Below are positions 18,955 through 27,071 of a DNA stretch of 34,311 nucleotides, piece after piece. The notes under the pieces are model-generated. The model saw only the letters and a list, made by a program, of their open reading frames with translations, was not told the DNA's origin and searched no databases. The stretch covers positions 1-34,311 of IMG/VR virus record IMGVR_UViG_3300046170_000303; one strand, written 5' to 3'. A program made the translations under genes and the position numbers. The first letter of the stretch is position 1. Each line of letters begins with the position of its first letter. The stretch comes from a virus (Duplodnaviria; Caudoviricetes).

Positions 18955-19395
18955 ATGCTTGAAGTTTCAACAGGCCGCATAGGTGAGTTTATCGCCTGCG
19001 CGTCTATAGAGTTGCAGGGCTGGCAGGCTGTTCTTTGCCCATCGCGCGGCTATGATCTAATCGTTACTCGCGACACTTATATATATAGGTGTCAGGTGAA
19101 GGCTTCGACCTATCACACAGAACGACCAAATAAACTGCAATTTCATTTTGGCGTTGGCGGCAAAAAGCGCAGACCAACTTCAGACGATTATGATTTTGCG
19201 GCATGCGTATCTATCCCCCACAGGCGCGTATTCTTCGTGCCTATTTTTGACATCAATGTAATCACAATGAGTCGAACAAAAGTTTTCTTTGACGACATTG
19301 ATGCCGAAGCCAATTCATTCAAAAGCACAATGGAGAAACTCAATGCAAAAAAGTTTGCCAAATCGACGCCCCTGCGAATCACAGGATGTTGGTGA
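18955..19395 (+). CDS. PD-(D/E)XK endonuclease, I-Ssp6803I (group I intron homing endonuclease)-like, free-standing
   Basis: GxxGE helix, GW, YDLIV, RCQVK, YDFAA, FFVP motifs in the order seen in this family. Confidence 0.7.
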   Translation: MLEVSTGRIGEFIACASIELQGWQAVLCPSRGYDLIVTRDTYIYRCQVKASTYHTERPNKLQFHFGVGGKKRRPTSDDYDFAACVSIPHRRVFFVPIFDINVITMSRTKVFFDDIDAEANSFKSTMEKLNAKKFAKSTPLRITGCW

Positions 19396-19570
19396 GGGTA
19401 TGACCGTAACGGTTTCATATCATCCAAACACCGGCGAGCCTGTCGAAGTGTTTCTAACCGGCAGAGGCGTAAAAGCATCTGATAGTCCGATGACAGATGC
19501 GCTTTATCGTTTAGGCGTTGTGGCAAGCAAGATGATGCAAAAGGAGCCTGTCGATGACAAAGTTGCTTGA
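19343..19570 (+). CDS. Stand-alone TSCPD-like protein (resembles class II RNR C-terminal domain)
   Basis: Start MQKSLPNRRP after GGAG; LPxRR...TVSY...GEPVEVF...K.S...D....ASKMMQ pattern. Confidence 0.55.
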   Translation: MQKSLPNRRPCESQDVGEGMTVTVSYHPNTGEPVEVFLTGRGVKASDSPMTDALYRLGVVASKMMQKEPVDDKVA

Positions 19571-19991
19571 TTTAATTCGTGAGCATGAGGGCGTAGTGAA
19601 ACATGCCTATCAGGACAGTCGCGGCTATCTGACGATAGGCTGTGGCAGGCTGATCGACAAACAGCTTGACGGTGGTTTGTCTGATGATGAAATCGATTAT
19701 TTGCTGGCAAACGATGTGGCGCGCTGTGAAGCCGAAGCGGTTACATATCCATTTTATGCAAAGATGGACGAAGCTAGAAAAGCCGTAATTATTTCGATGC
19801 TGTTCAATCTGGGTAAGCCCAATTTTGACAAATTCCAGAATTTTCAAGCCGCATTGCTAGTTGGCGATTACCGGCTGGCAAGTCACGAAATGCTTTCTGG
19901 CAGTAATGGCGGGCGTAGCCGTTGGGCAGAGCAAGTTGGCGCGCGGGCAGATCATTTGGCTAAGATGATGGAAACAGGAGAGTGGCATTGA
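19554..19991 (+). CDS. Endolysin, T4-lysozyme-like (GH24)
   Basis: HEG-x6-Q-D-SRGYLTIG catalytic E/D/T arrangement, MLFNLG, SRWAEQVG.RA; RBS AAGGAG. Confidence 0.9.
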   Translation: MTKLLDLIREHEGVVKHAYQDSRGYLTIGCGRLIDKQLDGGLSDDEIDYLLANDVARCEAEAVTYPFYAKMDEARKAVIISMLFNLGKPNFDKFQNFQAALLVGDYRLASHEMLSGSNGGRSRWAEQVGARADHLAKMMETGEWH

Positions 19992-20191
19992 GTTGGACAG
20001 ATGAATGGATCAAATTCAATTTGATGGGGCGTATTATGTGCGCTGTCAGCACGTTCATGGCATGGCGGTGCGCTGAATGGTATATGCAGTTGCCAGACCC
20101 GACAACGCCCCAAAGCGCTTTTGTTAGTGTAATTATGGGCGTCTATACCGGCATTTTCGGCATCTTTATGGGCGCAGAGTCAAAGCGATGA
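19982..20191 (+). CDS. Putative holin-like protein (2 TM)
   Basis: Two hydrophobic segments separated by WYMQLPDPT; follows endolysin; GTG start. Confidence 0.55.
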   Translation: MALSWTDEWIKFNLMGRIMCAVSTFMAWRCAEWYMQLPDPTTPQSAFVSVIMGVYTGIFGIFMGAESKR

Positions 20192-20571
20192 TCCAGTTTT
20201 TACCAATGATTTCGTCATTGGCTTCAACATGGCTTGAAGGCAAAGTCGAAGAAAAGAAGGCTGTTACCGGCGCTAAAGTTGCGCGTGCAAAAGCTGAAGC
20301 CAACATTGCAGAGCGACAGGCTACCGGTGAAATAGACTATGATTTAACGGCGGCTAATCAGATGTCGTCAAGCTGGCGCGATGAGTTCTTTAGCCTGCTT
20401 TTTGCGTTGCCAATGGTGCTGGCATTTTGCGGCGAATGGGGGCGTGAAATAGTCTTTAGTGGCTTTGAAGCGCTTCAACAGATGCCAACTTGGTATCAGG
20501 TCAGCTTGGGCGCACTGGTAGCCAGTAGCGTAGGAATGCGGGGGATTACGAAATTCTATGGCAAAAAATAG
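20188..20571 (+). CDS. Putative holin (3-TM holin-like)
   Basis: SSWRDEF, TM helices, MPTWYQ..LGALVASSVGMR, basic C-terminus. Confidence 0.65.
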   Translation: MIQFLPMISSLASTWLEGKVEEKKAVTGAKVARAKAEANIAERQATGEIDYDLTAANQMSSSWRDEFFSLLFALPMVLAFCGEWGREIVFSGFEALQQMPTWYQVSLGALVASSVGMRGITKFYGKK

Positions 20572-20668
20572 TGGTGCTATGAGATTCGTAGCACCAAAAT
20601 CAAAAGTAAATGCGATATAGCACCACCATAGCACCCGCCCGATTCTCTGGCGGTTTTCTGCGGTTTTT

Positions 20669-20720
<52 letters not shown>

Positions 20721-20743
20721 AAATCAATATAAATCAATGATAT

Positions 20744-20779
20744 AAAGCCCAGTAGGTCGAAAGACTTGCTGGGTTTTTT
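20744..20779 (+). terminator. Rho-independent terminator after att core
   Basis: GCCCAGTAGGTC-GAAA-GACTTGCTGGGT hairpin followed by a T run. Confidence 0.85.
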
Positions 20780-20843
20780 GTCGTTCTATACCCTATTTCA
20801 TAGCACCACCATAGCACCACACCGTTAGGACAAGACAATTATT

Positions 20844-20885
20844 TGCGCATATATGCTTGCATTATAGTAAATAGACGCATATATT
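20844..20885 (+). promoter_or_regulatory. Promoter of int operon with TGCGCATATATG operator-like motif
   Basis: TGCGCATATATGC abutting -35 TTGCAT (20857), 17-bp spacer, -10 TATATT (20880). Confidence 0.65.
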
Positions 20886-20919
20886 AGTCATATAGAGTGA
20901 AATGAAAGGGATATTCAAA

Positions 20920-21126
20920 ATGGACAAAAATGATTTTTATGAGCAGACAATCGGCATGCTTCAAGACATAGATCGTACAATTACAAGCTATGGTATTGAA
21001 AGCGAGCTAACTGGACATGAGGCAACAAAATTGTGGTTGGAAGTTGGTAAATTACACCGCCGCTTGAATGACATTAAAAACAAAGCGCAGGCAAATGATC
21101 CAGCGTTTTGTGATAATGGAGAGTGA
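20920..21126 (+). CDS. Small hypothetical protein upstream of integrase
   Basis: ATG 20920 after AAGGGA; same strand as and directly upstream of int. Confidence 0.6.
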   Translation: MDKNDFYEQTIGMLQDIDRTITSYGIESELTGHEATKLWLEVGKLHRRLNDIKNKAQANDPAFCDNGE

Positions 21127-21127
21127 C

Positions 21128-22234
21128 ATGAGCGACATCACAATCACCGAAACTTATAAAACTGCAATGAAGCGCGGCAAAGAAGTTGGGATCATTTATT
21201 ATCGTGACCTAACCGGCAAATCGCGTCGGGTATTCACACCAGCCTGCCCGAAGGCTTGGTCAAAGCGGCGTGAAGAACTGCGTGACGAATTAGTGGCTGG
21301 CAAACACAACGCCAACAAAGCAACGCTAGAACAGGTTGCTTATGAGGCCATTGAAAACCGTCAACGGCTGGTCGGGATCAAAATGCGCCCGCAGACTTTC
21401 GATAATGATAAGCGGCATATCCGCCTGCACATTCTGCCATTGCTGGGATCGATCCAAATGGCACGCTTGACGGTCGGCGATGTTAATCAGTTCATCACTG
21501 AAAAGACAATCGAAGGCTGTAGCCCAAAATCAATTCGCAATATCATTGCCAGCCTAAATATGGTCTGCAAATACGCATTGGACAAAGGCTATATCTTCAG
21601 CAATCCATGTCATAGAGAGTCGCGCGAAAAGATTACCGGCGCTCAAAAAGAACGCGGCGGTTATACGGTCGATGATATTAACAAAATGCTTGAGCAAGAT
21701 ATGACTCAGTATTTGCGCACGTTCATCACGCTTGCATCGCTGACAGGACTAGCGGCTAATGAGATGCAGGGGTTGTTGTGGGACAGCGTTGACCTAAAGG
21801 CAGGCACTTTAACAGTACGCCGAACAGGTTATCGCGGTGGCCTGCAAGAAACAAAAACAGAGTTTCGCATCCGCACGTTGCCGCTAACGACTAAGCTGTG
21901 GACATTGATGCGCGAGTGGAAACTGCAATGCCCATCTGAAATGTATGTTTTCCCATCTGCGCGCAATTTAATGGCAGATCAAAAAAGCTGGACAGGATTG
22001 CTTGAAACTTTGTGCAAGCATGCTGGTGTTGAGTTTCACGGCATTGGTGGCTTCCGCAAATTCTATCATACTCAGATGGAGTTAGCTGGCGTGCCAGATT
22101 CGATCCGCAAATATCGGATGGGTCACTCAAAGAAAAGCAATGTGGCTCAAGTGCATTACACTATCACAGACATCAATCAGGCGCAGTCACCGGTCGATAT
22201 TGAGGCGATAGCCGGTCGTCTTTCCGCATTATAA
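21128..22234 (+). CDS. int: Tyrosine recombinase/integrase with non-canonical catalytic motifs
   Basis: Arm-binding-like N-terminus (IYYRDLTGKSRR), SAM-like core-binding region (HILPLLG, SPKSIRN, SNPC), LTGLAANE, GGFRK, MGH, VHY; adjacent to attP. Confidence 0.85.
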   Translation: MSDITITETYKTAMKRGKEVGIIYYRDLTGKSRRVFTPACPKAWSKRREELRDELVAGKHNANKATLEQVAYEAIENRQRLVGIKMRPQTFDNDKRHIRLHILPLLGSIQMARLTVGDVNQFITEKTIEGCSPKSIRNIIASLNMVCKYALDKGYIFSNPCHRESREKITGAQKERGGYTVDDINKMLEQDMTQYLRTFITLASLTGLAANEMQGLLWDSVDLKAGTLTVRRTGYRGGLQETKTEFRIRTLPLTTKLWTLMREWKLQCPSEMYVFPSARNLMADQKSWTGLLETLCKHAGVEFHGIGGFRKFYHTQMELAGVPDSIRKYRMGHSKKSNVAQVHYTITDINQAQSPVDIEAIAGRLSAL

Positions 22235-22355
22235 CAGCGTGCCGCCCATGATGGCTGTCTGCAAGATCGCTGGCTATATGCCAGCCTTTTTGTTCGTAGG
22301 CGCTGACATCGCTATGCGGGACAAAGCGGAAGATTCCGCAACGATCGTCAATCAC
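22173..22355 (-). CDS. Hypothetical protein
   Basis: 60 aa, FRFVPH...GW...HHG; ATGA-coupled to upstream gene; overlaps int 3' end. Confidence 0.5.
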   Translation of the reverse strand: MIDDRCGIFRFVPHSDVSAYEQKGWHIASDLADSHHGRHAVIMRKDDRLSPQYRPVTAPD

Positions 22356-22555
22356 GAATCCCGCCAGACGCGCCAGCCGTTATCTATTTTGCGCATAGTA
22401 TATTTGATGCCTTTATAGCGCATTGCATCGCGCAATCTTAAAGCAAAAATTTCTTTGCCAAAATGCACACTGTCGCCGATTTGCATCTTGGCGACAAACT
22501 CACCGGTCTTGATCGGCTTTTCAATATCAGAATCTATTTTTGCATTTGGTATCAT
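22352..22555 (-). CDS. Small putative DNA-binding protein
   Basis: KMQIGDSV.F ... YTMRK...GWRVWR motif. Confidence 0.65.
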   Translation of the reverse strand: MIPNAKIDSDIEKPIKTGEFVAKMQIGDSVHFGKEIFALRLRDAMRYKGIKYTMRKIDNGWRVWRDS

Positions 22556-22743
22556 TATATATCATCCCATTTTGGCGGCTCTGGCGTGCGCCGTTTAGCA
22601 AAGCAAGCATGACTGCAAAGCATGTCTTTAGCGCCGTTTACAAGCCACCCAAAGCTGCGCAAATCAAACTCTGTGCCGCATTGGACGCATGTAGCTGGCC
22701 TGCGCTCATTGTGTATTATCGGTGGTTTTTTCTTGCGCGCCAT
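22555..22743 (-). CDS. Zinc-finger protein
   Basis: CVQCG...LCSHACF (CxxC...CSxxC). Confidence 0.65.
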   Translation of the reverse strand: MARKKKPPIIHNERRPATCVQCGTEFDLRSFGWLVNGAKDMLCSHACFAKRRTPEPPKWDDI

Positions 22744-22900
22744 TCTTGAGCCGTTTGCTTGCGCGTTGAATTAAATTTGCCGCCAGTTCGCACATTTGTT
22801 TAGGCGACATATCTTTCTGTGCTTGGTTTGCACCTAACACAATCAAACACCCCTCATCATTCGGAATGATAAGGAGTGGATGTTGTTTATCTTCAGACAC
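22706..22900 (-). CDS. Hypothetical protein
   Basis: GTG start at 22900 just after the SSB-like gene stop; fills the operon. Confidence 0.5.
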   Translation of the reverse strand: MSEDKQHPLLIIPNDEGCLIVLGANQAQKDMSPKQMCELAANLIQRASKRLKNGAQEKTTDNTQ

Positions 22901-22901
22901 G

Positions 22902-23165
22902 CTAGAAAGGTATTGTGTCATCTAGCGGTGCTGGTGCTGTTGCCGGAGCAGGGGCAGATGGTGCGCCTGCATCGTCACGCGGCATCGGGTCAGAGCATTT
23001 GATCGACAAATACTTTTTGCCCGACTTGCTGGTGTTTAGCCAAGCACTGATGCGTTGCTCAGTGCCTTTGACATTGATGTTGCCAGTATAGTCAGGCTGG
23101 CTTTCATTTTCTTTTTTTTCATTCTTAAATAAGGCACCGCGATCGGTGTTATCATAATCAGACAT
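22902..23165 (-). CDS. Single-stranded DNA-binding-like protein (DUF736-like)
   Basis: GALFKN..KE...PDYTG, SAW...SKSGKKYLS, acidic-aromatic C-terminal tip DDTIPF; RBS AAGGAG. Confidence 0.8.
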   Translation of the reverse strand: MSDYDNTDRGALFKNEKKENESQPDYTGNINVKGTEQRISAWLNTSKSGKKYLSIKCSDPMPRDDAGAPSAPAPATAPAPLDDTIPF

Positions 23166-23739
23166 TTGCAATCTCCTTTTTGCGTGCTGAAAATTTCTGG
23201 ATAGTCGGGTTATCGGTTGGCTTCACTTCATTAAACAAAGCCAACAAATCCTGTTCTGTTTTAGCGGCGTTTATGCGGTCATCTAAGGTGGCCGCGCTCA
23301 CAGGAGCAAGGGATGAACCCTGTGGCGCGACCGCACCGGAGCGCGGAGAGTGCGACGCGCTTGGTGCTTTATTAGCGGCGGTGCCGTCATCATCGTCGTC
23401 AGCCGGTATGCCAAACATCGCCTGCAAGCCGTAGCGCTTTGCATAGCTGATCGCGCTACCCATTGCCTGCGGGTTAGTCGCATCTTTGGTTAATACCGGC
23501 GTCCGACTTTCGCGGGTTTCGCCTGATGTGTGAATCATTGTGGTGCGCACAAATATAGTGCCATCAGCAAAATCTATCTCTTGCGTAAAGCCCAAATTGA
23601 AATTGCTTGCGCCCAGCACAACTGAAATCAAATCGGTCAGCGTGACAAACTTGTTCCTAAAATGCGGGTTATATCCAGACTTCTTTACGGCAGGCATTGC
23701 CGATTGAAAGCCTATTAATGATTTTGCTAATTCACTCAT
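23158..23739 (-). CDS. erf: ERF-family ssDNA annealing protein
   Basis: NPHFRNKF, HTSGE, QAMGSAISYAKRYGL...GI...DDDG signature. Confidence 0.9.
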   Translation of the reverse strand: MSELAKSLIGFQSAMPAVKKSGYNPHFRNKFVTLTDLISVVLGASNFNLGFTQEIDFADGTIFVRTTMIHTSGETRESRTPVLTKDATNPQAMGSAISYAKRYGLQAMFGIPADDDDDGTAANKAPSASHSPRSGAVAPQGSSLAPVSAATLDDRINAAKTEQDLLALFNEVKPTDNPTIQKFSARKKEIANV

Positions 23740-24680
23740 TTTTGCACCTCTATGCGTTTCGATTTATTCTTTGCAACTTTGATTTGCACACCGTTGCCAT
23801 AAGCTACGCTGGCTTCTTTAGGCACCATCTTTTTAAGTTGTGCCTCTGCCTTTTTGCATGTGTCAGCCGCGCCCGAAGTCTGCAACCATATCTCGCACCA
23901 CTGCCGCCACTTGGGATGCACATCAGATTTTTCCATATCTACCGGCACCGTATCTTCGACCGGCACAGGCGCTTCGGGCGGCTGAATGTCATTAGGTAAA
24001 ACACCCATTTCAACACAGCCCATAAAATATGTGGCAAGACCAATCAGTTCAGCTTGATAAGCCGGATCGATTTCAATTTCGTGGAATGTTGGTTCGTTGC
24101 CAGCTTTAATAATTGATAGCAGGCCATAAGGCACTTTCTTGCCTGTGTGTTCTTCTAACAGGTAAGCGTTCCAATGAAGTTGCGGGCTGTAGTGGCGGCA
24201 CAAGCGGGGAATAACGTCACGCCATTCTTCGCCCGACTGCGGCCTGCCCATTGTAAATTTTGCATCGATGACAGCCTGCTTGCCGCGATAATTAGGCACA
24301 GAGCCATCCAACGTGCAACGCATCATAGGATTCTTTTTGCTCTGAATGACAAGCTGGCGGTTTATGATTTTGATGTCATGCTTTTGCTGGCACCACTCAA
24401 GATTGAGTTCTTCAGTGATGTGACCCATCAAAACAGGCCAGACCATAGACAGGTCATCGCCTTCTATTTCGCCGCGCTTGCGCAAATATAGCTGGTGTAT
24501 GCGTTCAGCGTTGTCGCCTGCAATAATGTTAATGTCGGAGCCGCCGATCGTTGTCTGGCGCTCTGACAGGCTTTTACCGCCCATTTGGAATTGACGAAAA
24601 AAGGCAGGCACAGCGTCAGATGGTACGCCAACGCTGGCCTGCAGTGTGTCAGAGTTCTGGGAGGGAAATGTCTCTGTCAT
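23736..24680 (-). CDS. YqaJ-like (lambda exonuclease family) nuclease
   Basis: R..TIGGSD, MGH..EE, CTLDG, IDAK, Y.PQL motifs; paired with ERF. Confidence 0.85.
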   Translation of the reverse strand: MTETFPSQNSDTLQASVGVPSDAVPAFFRQFQMGGKSLSERQTTIGGSDINIIAGDNAERIHQLYLRKRGEIEGDDLSMVWPVLMGHITEELNLEWCQQKHDIKIINRQLVIQSKKNPMMRCTLDGSVPNYRGKQAVIDAKFTMGRPQSGEEWRDVIPRLCRHYSPQLHWNAYLLEEHTGKKVPYGLLSIIKAGNEPTFHEIEIDPAYQAELIGLATYFMGCVEMGVLPNDIQPPEAPVPVEDTVPVDMEKSDVHPKWRQWCEIWLQTSGAADTCKKAEAQLKKMVPKEASVAYGNGVQIKVAKNKSKRIEVQK

Positions 24681-24686
24681 TCCCCA

Positions 24687-24730
24687 TAATTACTACAGCG
24701 CATAACATACGTCAAGCATATATGCGCATA
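24687..24730 (-). promoter_or_regulatory. Leftward early promoter with operator-like motif
   Basis: On the minus strand TGCGCATATATGC abuts -35 TTGACG; -10 is weak. Confidence 0.55.
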
Positions 24731-24734
24731 GCAA

Positions 24735-25337
24735 TCATATATCGTACTTTAACATCACCACTTGATCTACACTTTCGATTTTGTCGAACGTTATAAATTC
24801 TTCCGGTGCCAGCATGCGCGCTTCACAAGAGCCTTTGCTCATATGCACCAGTTCGACAATCTTGCCATAAACTTTATCTCCGGCTTTCCATTTAACAACG
24901 ACTAGCGTGCCAGCCTTTGCTTCAAGCAATGGATTGACAAATACCAGATCACCATTTGACAGCTTCGGTTTCAAAGCATCGCCGTAGCAAAACGCGGCAT
25001 ATGCGCCTTCGACAGACTCAAGTTCTGGCGGGCAATCCACGCGGCTCATCATCTTTTTACTGAAATCAAATGCGTCTGAATTTGGTATCGGAAAACCATA
25101 GACAGGCAGTTCGGTGTGGGTAGCAAAAACAGAGTCGTCTTGTTTTACTCTTTCAATTATTGCGTCTGGCTTAACGCCAAATACCTTTGCTATCGCTTTC
25201 TTATGATGCCCGACTGATCTTCTGCCGGATTCCATTCTGCTATATTCTGCCTGACCTATATTAACGGCTTCGGCAACCTGTGATTGGTGCAATTTAGATG
25301 CACTGCGTAATTCTCTCAAATTATTAACGTATTCCAT
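24735..25337 (-). CDS. cI: CI-like repressor (XRE HTH plus S24-like domain)
   Basis: LRELR...QSQVAEAVNIGQAEYSRMESGRR HTH; GDALKP.LSNGDLVFVNP S24-like segment; divergent from cro. Confidence 0.85.
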   Translation of the reverse strand: MEYVNNLRELRSASKLHQSQVAEAVNIGQAEYSRMESGRRSVGHHKKAIAKVFGVKPDAIIERVKQDDSVFATHTELPVYGFPIPNSDAFDFSKKMMSRVDCPPELESVEGAYAAFCYGDALKPKLSNGDLVFVNPLLEAKAGTLVVVKWKAGDKVYGKIVELVHMSKGSCEARMLAPEEFITFDKIESVDQVVMLKYDI

Positions 25338-25513
25338 AACGGACTTCCTTTTGCGGCAGATTTATATTCTGCGCCAAAATTTAACTTTTGCTGATTTATG
25401 GTGGCTAAATGGTCTTTCATGATAGGCGGGGCGGCTGGCCAATCTGCGTCGCCCTGAATGTGTGTGTTGTTTTCGGTAGCCAAAAACGCTTGGCTGTTTG
25501 ATACGTTTAACAT
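25316..25513 (-). CDS. Small ORF upstream of and overlapping cI start
   Basis: ATG 25513 with RBS GAAAGGTG, downstream of a TTGACA-17-CATTAT promoter. Confidence 0.45.
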   Translation of the reverse strand: MLNVSNSQAFLATENNTHIQGDADWPAAPPIMKDHLATINQQKLNFGAEYKSAAKGSPLWNTLII

Positions 25514-25544
25514 TTTTAACACCTTTCTCATATTACTTATGCGC

Positions 25545-25668
25545 ATAATGCGCCTTTTAATAATTAATGTCAAATATCTGCGCAAATTGCGCATATTCAA
25601 TGACTTAGCTAAATAAGTATTTTCTATAGATTTAATTTATTGACATATATTGGTGGTCTGCGCATATT
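25545..25668. promoter_or_regulatory. Divergent cI/cro promoters with multiple TGCGCA operator-like sites
   Basis: Minus strand: TGCGCAGATAT-TTGACA-17-CATTAT; plus strand: TTGACA (25640)-17-CATATT; several TGCGCA palindromes in an AT-rich gap. Confidence 0.7.
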
Positions 25669-25702
25669 GCATATAAAGCATATCAATATATAGGCGAGAT
25701 CA

Positions 25703-25915
25703 ATGCGACTTAATCAATATTTAGTGTCTAAAAACATCACACAAAAAGATTTTGCTGAAAAGCTTGGGGTGTGTCAGGCCACGATTCATAAATATCTTTA
25801 CAAAGACACAGTGCCGTCTGGCAAACGCATCATGCAGATTCACGGCCTGACCAAAGGTAAAGTTACGGTCACTGATTGGATGGATATGCACCAGATCGGT
25901 GATGATGATGGGTAA
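25703..25915 (+). CDS. cro: Cro-like HTH regulator
   Basis: MRLNQYL...TQKDFAEKLGVCQATIHKY...P...I...TKGKVT..DW. Confidence 0.85.
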   Translation: MRLNQYLVSKNITQKDFAEKLGVCQATIHKYLYKDTVPSGKRIMQIHGLTKGKVTVTDWMDMHQIGDDDG

Positions 25916-26216
25916 GGCCAGCCGTGATAAAGGCGGGCGCTTTGAGCGTGAGTTGGTAAACACTGCACGCGCGCATGATCTTGAAAGCTATCGTGTGCCG
26001 CTTTCTGGTGCGGCAGAAGGCTTCAAGAACGACATTATCATAAAGATTGGGCGCACCACTTGGGAAATTGAAGCCAAAAAAAGAGCGACCGGTTTTAAGT
26101 TTTTATATGACAACATTGAAGGTGCTGATGTGTTGGTGGTTGGTACTGACCGGCGAAAGCCACTTGCGGTTTTGGATTATGAAGATTTCTTAAATTTGCT
26201 GGCGGGTAAGATATGA
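25908..26216 (+). CDS. Holliday junction resolvase (Hjc-like PD-(D/E)XK)
   Basis: SRDKGGRFEREL, RVPLSGA, D, EIEAK, DRRKPL motifs; start approximate. Confidence 0.8.
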   Translation: MGKASRDKGGRFERELVNTARAHDLESYRVPLSGAAEGFKNDIIIKIGRTTWEIEAKKRATGFKFLYDNIEGADVLVVGTDRRKPLAVLDYEDFLNLLAGKI

Positions 26217-26605
26217 CCGGCAGGCATTATAACATTCATATTCCACAGCATATCGATAGCATCGAAAAGTTCATTACGCGCATTGGCGACGGCAAGATGA
26301 GCGCCGGTTTCAAAAAGATTTCAGAATATATGGGCATGCGCAGACAAGCCGTTGAGTCTTGGGTGCATGTGCATGAACGCATCCCGCAAGAGCGCTTCAA
26401 AGCATTGATGGCGCTGGCGCAAGAGTGCGGCTTTTACTGGCACCCAGAGGAATTGATGGATGAGCGCGTTAAGCAACGAAAGTGCCTGACTTGCGGTGAT
26501 ATGTTTCGCTCTAGCCATGTCGGCAATCGTATGTGCAACAGGTGTATTAGCGGTGACTCTGACTTTGGCACAGACCATAGCTGGCGGGGTTATCCAGATG
26601 ATTAA
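26213..26605 (+). CDS. Hypothetical HTH plus zinc-finger protein
   Basis: QAVESW...RIP Cro-like segment; RKCLTCG..FRS....NRMCNRC. Confidence 0.6.
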   Translation: MTGRHYNIHIPQHIDSIEKFITRIGDGKMSAGFKKISEYMGMRRQAVESWVHVHERIPQERFKALMALAQECGFYWHPEELMDERVKQRKCLTCGDMFRSSHVGNRMCNRCISGDSDFGTDHSWRGYPDD

Positions 26606-27071
26606 TGTGGAACTTAAAAGCTATGAATTAGCGCAGGCATGTCAGACCGGATATATGCGCCATATTAAGGCCATAGAAGCTGGCTACGATCAGGATCGTG
26701 GGCGTCATCGTGAGCCTAATTTCTGGCAAAGGCACATTGAAGGTGCCTGTGGCGAAATAGCGGTTGCAAAGGTGCTTGGTGTTTATTGGGGCGGTGGCAT
26801 CAGCACATTTGATGCGCATGGCGACATCGATGGCACCGGCTGGGAAGTGCGCACGCGCTCAAAGCATCATCATGAGTTGTTATTGCACGCCAATGACAAA
26901 GACGATCGCAAATATATTTTAGTTACCGGCACTGCGCCTAATTATCAGGTGCATGGCTGGATATTGGGTGCCGATGGGAAGCACCCAAAATATTACAAAG
27001 AGCATCCGGTTATAGGCCAGCGCTTCTTTGTCCCGCAGGCAGATTTAATTAGTTTAGGGAGTTTGAAATGA
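26598..27071 (+). CDS. Hypothetical PD-(D/E)XK-like nuclease
   Basis: GACGEIAVAK, D, WEVRT, VHGWI, FFVPQ; start MINVEL at 26598. Confidence 0.6.
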   Translation: MINVELKSYELAQACQTGYMRHIKAIEAGYDQDRGRHREPNFWQRHIEGACGEIAVAKVLGVYWGGGISTFDAHGDIDGTGWEVRTRSKHHHELLLHANDKDDRKYILVTGTAPNYQVHGWILGADGKHPKYYKEHPVIGQRFFVPQADLISLGSLK

